Source: Cyanophora paradoxa CCMP329
Lineage: Eukaryota; Plantae; Glaucophyta
Reading direction: 5' to 3'
DNA: 64,000 nt
Assembly: GCA_004431415.1 (NCBI GenBank)
Contig: QPMI01000477.1
Span: 496,001 to 560,000 of the forward strand
Below are positions 13,831 to 23,800 of the stretch, in pieces (position 1 is the stretch's first letter; every line of letters starts with the position of its first letter). Under the pieces are notes generated by a model, which had not been told where the DNA came from, searched no databases, and saw only the letters and a list, made by a program, of their open reading frames with translations. A program made the translations under genes and the position numbers.

Positions 13831-16688
13831 AAAATATCGGATATGTAATCGCAACAAAAATCTCGAACTGCATTCTGCCCACCTGCAGCTGGGGATTGAA
13901 GAGGGAGGTGCGAAAACAAGAAGTCTCCGCCAGTCAGGCCGATCTCGACGTGCAGTGTGGAGAATGTTTCGGCACGAAATTCGGGAAGAAAGGCCGAGTA
14001 CACGGGAGCTCGCGTTGTCGAAGCTTGAGAGGGGCGGAGGGAGAAGGCGAGACGCCTGCCAACGCGCGCCTGCAGGGGAATTGTACTTTCTGGACTCGAG
14101 TCGGAGGAGAGAATTGCAACAGAGAGGACGCTGGCGTCTGCAGAAGGATGTAGCGAAATAGAATACGACACGAATACAGGAGTATCTGCGAGCGAGATCA
14201 CATCGCTTGGGAACGTACTCGCTTCTAATTTGATGATCAGGAGAGACGCCAAGCGCACCTACAAGAGACGCGACGGATGAGGGCCCGACAGTCGCTCCGC
14301 CGACGAGGAGGGCAGACGCAGGTTCGGTCCCTGTCTGATGCGGCGGCTCGCATAAGGCGACCGAAGTGCTGAGAGTGCGGCCAGCGGCCCAGTAGCGCGA
14401 CGCTGGGACCGCCCCGGGCACGCCGGCGCCAAGCCAGCAATATAGAGCTCGACCAAAAACATCAAGGTCCGATCCAAAAATGGAGACGATGCCGAAACCG
14501 TTTCTTACTGGGTGCATGGGGCTGGTCGCGAGAACAGCGCCGCGCTCTGTGTTGAGCGATCGGCCGATGCGCAAGAATATTTAATTTAGACCCACGAGTG
14601 TCGCGCACGGGGCACGTTGACGATCGGGAGGTCGACGAAGCGGGACGCGAATGCGGGGGAGAATGGCTCCTGCACCAGAATGGCCGCAAAGCCGTCGGGG
14701 GCCGCGCTCGAAACGTGGCCCCGCAGGCCGCAGCCGCCGTCGACCCACGAGGCGGCCGAGACTTCGCCGAGGCCGCTCACGAACGAGGGCGGGGGCTGCC
14801 CCGCCGCCGGCTCAACGCACGAGGGGGTCTCGCCCCTCCGCCGCGGCTCCCGTCGGACCGCAAGGCGGATGGGGACCTCGCCCGTGGCGCTCCTGAACTG
14901 CGCGTCGTGCCCTTGGACGCGCAGCGCGTCTGCGGAAATATTACATAGCATATAATTGGAAGCGTGGCGAGCATATGCATATAGAAGCGCATATATATGA
15001 GGGCCATCAATGGGCCAAACATTGCATATATATTAAATATTACAAGCAATTCTAGAAGCGTGGCGCCGGCGAGCATATAATTAGAGACGAGGCGGACCCA
15101 GGTACGTGAGGGAAAAGGGGCCCGAGTCGAAGCGCGCCCCGTCAAGGCTGATGTCGACTTGGATGGCCGAGCCCGCTGCTCCCCTCCACGGCGGCGTCGA
15201 GCACCAGAGCCCCCCCGCTCCATCGGCCTGTGTCCGTGCAAGAACCGCGCCGCCAAAGCGGCACCAGCCAGCCGCAGCGGAGGATGCAAACTCATCGCTT
15301 TTGTCGGGGGGAGCGTTAACATTAACGCGAGTAATCGTGAGGCGGGCACCACCCCGCGGCCCGCTGATTGCCGCAGTTGGCGAGGAGGGGGAGAGTTGAA
15401 AAAGTTCGAAAGCTGCCGTGTGCATAAGTCAGTTCAAATGAGCAAATAATTGCGCAGGATGGAAATTAAGAGAAGAGGGGATGGGCATGGATAAATCATT
15501 GAATGGAAGCAGTGGCACAGTGCACCGTGGAGGAGGAAGGGGGCTCGGACAAGGGCGAGGGGCGCGGAGGGCAGGCTGGGGGTGACGCGGGTGCAGGCGG
15601 AGCAGCCGCAGGTCAGGTTCGCTGGAGGCGCCGTCGTCGCGTTGCACTCGCCGGAGGCCGTGCAGCCGCGGAGGGGCGCGGCGGCCGGTTCGTCCGCCGC
15701 GCCGGCGCCCAGCAGCGCGACGGAGGCGGGCACCGGCCCGCCGCCCGGCTCCACGTCCTCCGCGGGAACGTGGAGCTCGCAGAGCGCGAGGCCGGTCGAA
15801 ATGACCCGCGCGCGGGACGCGCCGCGCCCGCTCGCGCCGACGCCGGCGCCCGAGAAGACGCACACGGCCCCCTCGCCGAGGAAATTGAGGAAATTCGCCC
15901 CAGACGCCGAGAGGAGGCCGCCCGGGGTCGACGCGGGCGGCCAGGCGCTGACCGCCGAGGCGGAGACGTACGCCTGGAAGCGGATTGGCTCCACGCCGCG
16001 GTACGCGTACGGATCCAGCTCGTACTCGAACGGCCCCTGGAAACTCCCGTTGGCGTACCCAGCCTCAATGAAGGCGGTCTGGCGTGGGAAAATTGAGAGG
16101 TTTAATATTGGGGCTTTTAAAGGAGGCGGAGGCGGAACATTGAAGTACCACATTGTAGAGGCGGAACTCGCTGGGCGAGGGCGACGCCGCCTCGTGCGCC
16201 CCCTGCAGGACGCGAAACTCGCTGAACCCCTCGGGAAGCTGCGGGGATGTGCAGAGCAGCGCGTTGGGAGAGACCACGGCCGCAGCCACGCTGATCCCGC
16301 CAAAGGAGCAGACAACCCCAAGGCTCGCGTCGAAATTCGCGCCATACACTGCGGATTGATGCAAAATCAAATGAAAATACAGCAGAAATATCTTAGCCGC
16401 ACTGAGCACCCGCGGGCGCGCACCAGTTACTTGCGTGCCGCCCTCGACTGGGCCCTCGGTTGGCCAGATCGATGCGACCGCTGGGCACGCTGCGAGACCC
16501 AATCGCGACGCGCACCAGACGGCGCTGACGTCTGGCACGGATGCAAAGCTTGCCCGCGCCAGGGCGGGACATTTCAACGCAACCAGGCCTAGGGCAAGAA
16601 AAGCAAGGGTCTCCAGAAAGACGGTCACATTAGCAAGAGCCTCCAGATCAACTCGCCCGCAGCCGGTTAACGTTCCAGCGGGGCCCAT
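1..16688 (-). CDS. Giant multi-exon secreted/cell-surface protein with many IPT/TIG (Ig-like) repeats; 3' end runs off the window
   Basis: ATG at 16688 is followed by a hydrophobic leader (FLETLAFLALGLVAL). Recurring IPT-type motifs appear in minus-strand exons: 'VASIWPTEGPVEGGTQVT', 'VYGANFDASLGVVCSFGGISVAAAVVSPNALLCTSP', 'GGLLSASGANF..AVCVF..ARVISTGLALC', 'ISLDGARFDSGPFSLTY', 'VSADGVTY'. Short GT-AG introns separate the reading frames. Confidence 0.75.
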
Positions 16689-17899
16689 AGGCCTGCGCCG
16701 TGTGAATGTTGTTAGATACGCAACTAGCTAAATATAATCTATAATGAGCAGTAATCTGAGGCCAGCTGGGGCGTCTGCAGTGCGTTGCCCGGGGCCCGGC
16801 TCGAGGAGAGCTCACCAGCTGCAGGCGACGCGCCGATTACGCATACATGCATATGCACGCGCGCTCACATGCGCTTGCGCCGCGCCTCCGTGCGCTTGTG
16901 CATGTCGACAGGACATGTGCTCAAGCTTCTGCAGCTGGCGCGTAGCAGTGGCTACGCAGCTGCAGTGCATGCGCATATGCATGCGGCGCCGACGCCGACG
17001 CCCCCGCGGCCGTCCGCTGCCACCATAGCTAGCTCCCGCGCTGATCATGAGCGCGTGCGCGCCTAGGCCTGCAGCTGGCGCGCGCGCGCGCGCCGGTCGT
17101 GCCGGCAGTGCGGGCGACCGTCGGACGCTCAGCGGCTCGCCAAGGAACTCAAATGTATGGTTTGTCGACAGCATATATATGCATATGCATGTTGCCGGCG
17201 CGCTGCTGCCGCTGTCGCAATCCAGCTGACGGCAGCCTGACGCTGCAGGTCAACGCGCGCGCGCGTACCGCAGTACTGTATACGTAGGACCGTCGCACGT
17301 TCTTCTAGCATGCACTACTATGCAGATCTAGACCCGGCCTACTAGGCTACGCCGCTGCGGCGACGGCTGCCTACCGTAGTACTACAGTGCCTAGTAGCGG
17401 CCGTACTACGGCGTAGCCTCGTTAGCCAGAGTCGTAGCCTCGTAGGGGTGCCCGGCCGCAGCGAGCATCGGACCCGGGATGCGCACGCGTCCGACGGACC
17501 GGGCCGCGCGCGGGCGACGGTCCGACGGTCGCCGGGCCGGCGCCGGCGGCCTGCTGGCAGGCTGCTGCACAGCCTGCACTGTCTGCACTGTGCACAGCCT
17601 GCACTGCAGTCTAGATCTGCACTGCAGTCTGCAGGCTGCACTCGCGATCGATCGCACGCTGCAGCCTGCACTGCTGGCCCTGCAGGGGCCAGCAGCAGGG
17701 CCATGCAGTGCAGGCTGCCGCGCGCAGTGCAGCTGAGCGCAGTGAGCGGTACCGTAGTACGTGTACCGTGTACGCAATGACTACGCATGCGCATCCGACG
17801 ATGATCCGTGGCGTACGCGTACGCCAATGTACCCTGGGCCCCCGGCCCGGTCATGAGTTCGGAGTCTTCAAGGCTTCGGACTTGAGTGTTCTACATATA

Positions 17900-18202
17900 C
17901 CGTGCCACGGTGTAACACTAAATATTAAGGTACTCACTTTATTATGTCATCGCCAAATTATAATTATGTCGCCTCGGACGGGACATAACGACATAATTTG
18001 GTTCCGTCATAGACTCATAGTAGGGCACGCTCAGTGGTACCCCACCACTGGGCCAGATTTGCTGTCCCATACAAGCCTGAAAAGTTCATGACGACATAAT
18101 TTGCAATTGGGGATGTCATATTTCGCAGAGAAGGGTCGGTTTTTAACACGACATAAATTTGACCGTCCGACGGTCATATTATTGTGTTTTACGCCGTGAC
18201 GG
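17900..18202. mobile_element. Degenerate MITE-like element (CCGT termini, internal GACATAA/TTATGTC repeats)
   Basis: The left end TA|ccgtgccacggtgtaacac resembles the reverse complement of the right end (ccgtcacggcgtaaaacac). The interior is AT-rich with several gacataa/ttatgtc motifs. The right TA is not conserved. Confidence 0.4.
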
Positions 18203-18788
18203 TGCGCGCGCGGTCCGCGGCGCAGCCGGCCGGCGCCGGCGGGCCGGCCGCGGGCGGCGCAGGCCGCGCAGCGGACCGACGCCGACTCGTCGCCGAGCGG
18301 CGGAAAGCGGACCGCCAACTTGGCAACTTGTCAATTCAAGTGACTCAGTGAATCGATCGCCGCGCAGATGAAATATTTGCAATTATCCAATGGAAACTAC
18401 CGAACCGGTACGGAACCCACCGTACGCGATACCCACGGCGATGCGGGCGATCGCGATCGGTCGGAGCCCCACGATTGTTCTTATTGTTTTTCCCTTGCAA
18501 CATGCTCGAGTTTCGAGCGTTTCATGCGACTAAAAAAGTTTGTCCGGAAGCTTGAGGCTGTGAATCCCTAAGCCTGTGATCCGGCAGTGGACCGGCACTG
18601 GACCGGCAGGGAATCCTTAAGCGCGGGCCTGCTAGCGTTATAGCGCTGCGCGCGCGCGCATGCGCGGCTACTAGGCTAGCTTAAGCCTTAAGGTTTCCTC
18701 GCTAGCTTGACTCCGTTCCGAAGAATCCGAACAAGTTCGACTCGAGCTCCCGGAGTCCTCACTCGGAGGAGGGCCTAGCGAATTACTA

Positions 18789-18872
18789 CTGTAAAACGAG
18801 AAATGTCCGGCAGAACTTAATATTCGGCGCTATTCGGCATAGCCTCACGGCGCCGAATATTTGAGTGACCAC
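18789..18872 (+). mobile_element. Truncated end of the MITE family seen at 27195-28055
   Basis: TA|CTGTAAAACGAGAAATGTCCGGCA..ACTTAATATTCGGCGCT matches 27195. ttcggcatagcctcacggcgccgaatattt matches ~27854. No partner TIR was found. Confidence 0.7.
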
Positions 18873-20834
18873 ATACTATAGCTATGATATTCTTCCTCTT
18901 CTTCCTTATCTTTAATTTGGATTTCGCTCCTCGTCGTTCTAGTGTGACTCAGTGACTAGTTCTGCTGTGTCGATGCCCTAGGCCTTGAGCTCTTCTACTA
19001 CTTCCGAAGTTCTCCTCGTGCTCGTTCTCTCAGAGTCTTATCTTTTGCGTTCTTATGATCGTGTCCCTGCTCGTGATCCTTCTTGATTATATATGTGATT
19101 TGTGATAGTCTGCTGGCGCTGTATCCGATGATCTTTGAATTTTTTTGTGATTTGTTAAAACGTTATCCTTAATAGGGGGTTCGCGACCGGGCCGTTCGCC
19201 CACCGTAGTCTCTCAAAAAAAAACGTATACCTAATCTTATTCCTTATCTTTTGGGTGCTCGTTTTTTGCTTGTTGATTTTTTATGTTTTGTCTTATTTGC
19301 TTTGTCTTTCCGTACTACGGTAGCCTAGTAGGTATTAACGGCCACACGATTCACACCATCGACTGTCATCTCACTGAGTCATGTACATGTGCGCCCCGGC
19401 AGCCGATGTCCAGATATTTAAATTTACACGGTGCTAGACTTGCAGCTAGCTATAGAGTTAGCAGCTAGACTCCAGCAGTACTACGGTAGCACAGATGTCT
19501 AGATCTTTACACGCCCGGGCTGCCCAATTTCGACTTATAATTATTTTACTGACCATCATGGCCGGGCATGGGCAGCTGCCGACAACAAGCTTAAGTACTG
19601 CCGCTCATTCAAATTCATGATCACTATCCGGGGCAGCGCTAGCCTGGCAGTGTTACAGTGTGCACGCGCATTTTTATTCGCGTCATGATCAAATTACTCA
19701 GAGAGCGCATGCGCAGCTTGAATGTACTATAGCTACGGCATGATCATGATCATATCATAAGTATCGCTTGCTTCTTTCAAGTTTAATTTCCACTGTACAT
19801 GCATGTACTCGTACGAGATCTCGCGTCCACAGCCTCTTCCGCAGCCTCGAGCTCGAGCTCTTCCGGGATCCGTGCACGTGTCCACAAGCTGGAAGCGACG
19901 TGTCCGAGGGACCACTGCAGCCCGGCCCGGACCACGGGCCGGGCCCCCCGGGCTCTAGATCTGGCCTGGGCATGCCGCCCGGCGGCCAGCAGCATGCAGG
20001 TCTTCTTCGTTTTCTATGTCGACGCTTCGAGGTCGGCCGATGGTGCGCATTACCGTGCCATTACTAAGTTACGAGCTCGTCGGGCAGGCCTATAGCTAGG
20101 GCGTCGAATGGGCCGCCGCCGGCCGGCCGCGGCGCCGCCCGGCCATCGCCGCCGCCACGTGCACGCGCGAAAGCGACACCGCCGGCCGGGGGCTGCGCAT
20201 GCGGACAAGATCTAAATATAATTATATAAGATTTTACGCAAGCTTGCGCAGCGAGTCTGAGCCTCGGAGAAGCGCTGGCCGCGGGCACCGGCGGCAGACG
20301 CACCTGCGCACCTGCAGCTGCGCGCGCACGCGGCCGCGGCGCTAGCTATAGCCGCGCTCGACGTTGACTACTCTAGATCTAGCGCTAGCGCTGCGCATGC
20401 GCATGCGGCCGCGCTCGACGACGACGCGCCCGCAGAGCTGAGCCATCTTCTGCTGCCTTAGCTTGAGCGAAGGTTCATGGTCACGTGCACGCATGCGAAG
20501 AGACACCCGCGGTTGAAGATGCGGCCGCGCGCGCGCGCACGCTCTCCGTACGCTCGCGCGCCATCGATATCTATAGATCTCGAGAGCGCTCCAAGCTTGT
20601 GAACCGCACTCTCTGCGCGTCCCGCGGCCGCGGCGCGTCGACGTCGACTCGGACGTCGACGTCGACGTCCCGCGCGCGGCCGCGTTGGCGCGTACTCCGA
20701 CCGCGGGTGTTCCCGCGCTTATCTGCTCACCCGCTGATTGATGCGCTCTCATATTCGTGTTTTCTGCGCCTCGGAATGCGAGCTGTGCGAGTTCAGCGTC
20801 GAATAGCGGCGCAGACCGGGGTACAGGCGCAGAT

Positions 20835-23800
20835 ATGCGTCGGGCGTCTTTGTGGCCCTGGGCGGCGCGGGCGCACCCGCTCGCTAGCTGGAGAGCCCTC
20901 CGCTTGCTCGCGACGGCGGGCCGCACCCCGGCAGCGAGCACCTGGCTCGCCGCTCCTTCGAAACGGGCGCTGACAGGAGCGCCGCTTCGGGCCCCGCCAT
21001 CGCTGCAGATTGCGCGTACGTTCGCGACGCGAGTGTCCCCGAAGCGGCGTGGACTGCAGCCAGCATCGCGCGAGAGCGACGACGATGTCCAGCAGCCAGC
21101 AGCGACCGAGCGCGTGGACTCGGTTGTGGAAGCTGCAGCGATCGCGGGAGCGGCAAAGAAGCGCGGCAGGCCGAGGAAGGTGGAGCTGCAGCCGTCGTCA
21201 GGCGCCCACGCAGCGGCGAACAGCGGGCACAGCGGCTCCGCGGCGAACGCGGGCGATGCCGCCGTCAACGAAGTATTCAATGGCTCGGCTGCACCCTCGC
21301 GCGGCCGCGGCCGACCACGAAAGCCGCCGGAAGCTGCAGCAGCTAGGGGATTCGAAGCTGCAGCAGCTGCGGGATTCGAATCTGCGGGCGCAGCTAGCCG
21401 CGGCCGAGGCCGCCCGCGCAAGCGGCCATCAGCGCCCGAATCTGAGGTTGAATCCGAGCCCTTCCCTGCGCCGACGGCGCCGGCGCCCCCTGCCCGCGAG
21501 GCGCCTGCCGCCCCCCTCGGCCGCGGCCGCCCCCGGAAGCCACGGGAAGGGGAGGGCGCTGACGCGGCGGAATCGGCGCAGGAGGCCGCAGCGGAGACCT
21601 TGCCAGCAGCGGCAGCGCCTCGCGGCCGCGCCCGCCCGCGGAAGCCGAAGCCGCCGGCGGAGGCGGAGGCGCCGGCGCCGCCCGCGGCGCCGTCCCCGGC
21701 GACGGGCATTGTCCGGCGGCGCTTTACGCTCCCGAAGGGCGCGGCGGCGGTCGTCGCGGCTCAGCCGGGCGCGCGCGAGTCGCCCGCGCTCGGAACCCCC
21801 GGCGCGGCGGCCGCGGGGCCGGAGGCGCCGCCCGGACCCGAACCCGGGCCCGGACCCGAAGACGAGGCGACGTCTGCCGCGACGAAGGCCCTCGCGCGCT
21901 CCCTGCAGCAGGTGCGCCGCCCGCCCCGCCCCGCCCGCGGGCCCCGCCCCGCCCGCCCCGCCCGGCGCCTCGCCGCTCGCCCCGACGCGGCGCGGCGCGG
22001 CGCCGGCAGTGGCTGCACATCTTCTCCCACCGGAGCGAGGCGGCCCGGGAGGCCGCGCTCGCCTTCGGGGCCGGCGCCGACACCTTCCAGATCGTGCGCG
22101 GCCGCGTCGCGCCCTTCCTCCTCGTCTTCGCTCTTCCCTTAACCGCTCTTCTTCCCTTAGGCGGCCCGGCGGCTCGAGCGGTACCTCTTGGACGGCCTCC
22201 ACAACCGCGCCGGCCGGCCGGCCCTCGCCGCCCTCGAGTCCACCGTGCAGGCCCGCGCGCGTGGACCCGCACCCCCCTCGGCCCCTCGCCTGAGCCCGCC
22301 TCATCTGACTCCGAGCGCTCAGAATCACCTGAGGCAGAAGCCGGAGGACCCCCACGCGCGGGTCTTCCTCGACCCGCACCGTACCCGGCGCGCACCTCCC
22401 TCCCCCCCCCCGTTTCTCTCCTTCATCTGAGTCCGGATCCGGCCGCTCAGATCTGAGCTGCCGCACGAGACGGTGGGAGGCCTGGCGTCCGCCCTCGCCG
22501 CCCTCCGCCCCGGGTACGCAATCGAGCAGCACCCCGTCCACCTCCACCCCACCCCTCGCCCTTCCCTTCGCTTCACCCCACTCCCTCGGCCCGTGCAGGT
22601 CGGCGGGGGCGGAGCGGCGCGCGGTCCAGCTGCTCTTCCCCTACTTCTGCGAGGTCCCCGCCGCCTCCCGCCCCCCGCCCCCAGCGCCCTCTCCTTGCTA
22701 GGCCGGAGCTGCTAGGCCAGAGGGGACACAGCCCGCCCGCCTCTCGCCGCCCATCGCCGCCCGCTCCGTTCTCCTCCTCCCCCCCCCCCCCCCCCCCCCC
22801 CCGCCCTTCCCTCCGTCGCCCCTCCCATCCAATCCGCCCCTCCTCGCCTTCTCCGCGCGACCCGATCCGACACGACTCCGCTCAGGTCGCGCTGGCGGCG
22901 CGGGGGGCGGCCGTGGAGGCATTCCGCGTCCTGCGCGAGGCCGCCGACCTCCGCCAGGTGCCCCCCCGTACCCCTCCCCCTTCCCTTCCCCCCTCCTTAT
23001 CCGGAGGCGGCAGCCGCACACATGGTACCCGGCGGCGCGGGAGCTTCGCCGCAGGATCATCTACCACGCGGGGTGCGCCACCCCCGCCCCGAGCCCCCTT
23101 AGCTGCTCGAGCGGAGCCGCTCCCACCATACCTCCTCCCGCCCAGACCCCCGCCCCGCCCCGCCCCGCCCCGCCCAGACCAGCTCTCAGGCCCCGCCCCC
23201 CCCCCAACTCTTCTCTCACCTTGGCGCAGGCCGACGAACAGCGGGAAGACGCGCGCGGCGCTGGAGGCCCTCAAGCGCGCCGAGTCCGGAGTCTACTGCG
23301 GGCCCCTCCGCCTCCTCGCCCGCCAGGCCCGCCCCTGCGCTCCGTTCCTTTCTTACGCTACGCTACGCTTTGTTTGGGTCTGAGGGTTGCATCATCGTAT
23401 CAGATCCACGAGCAGCTCAACGGCGACGGCGTCATCTGCGACCTCCTCACGTACCTCCTCCCCCGCATTCCTCTACCCCTCCCCAGCTTAGGGCTGCGAC
23501 GCAGGGGCCAGGAGCGCGTAGAGGTCCCGGGGGCAACCCACGTGAGCCCTTAACCCCCTCCTTCCCCCCCCCCCCCCCCCCCCCGCCCCGCCGCCGGGCC
23601 CCAGACCTGACTCCACCCCTTCCCCCCCCCCCCCCCCCCTCCCGGCCGCCCCTCCCTTCCCCCTTCCCGCTCCCAGATCGCGTGCACGGTGGAGATGGTC
23701 AGGTCTGTACCCTGTACCCGCCCCTCCTCTACCCCCGCGACCCCCCCCCCCCTCTCGCCCTCTCACTCTCCCCCCTCCCCCAGCACTTCGACCGTGTACG

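Noticed and set aside
30-14161. Long plus-strand ORFs over the repeat region, and similar Arg/Gly/Pro-rich ORFs such as 45416-47308(-), 54638-55675(+) and 21429-22547(-)
   Set aside because: These are antisense or off-frame shadows of GC-rich exons; the domain motifs and splice signals lie in other frames or on the other strand.
19172-19222. SINE or tRNA-derived element (GGTTCGCGACC B-box-like word followed by an A-run)
   Set aside because: No A-box, cloverleaf, TSD or second copy in the window.
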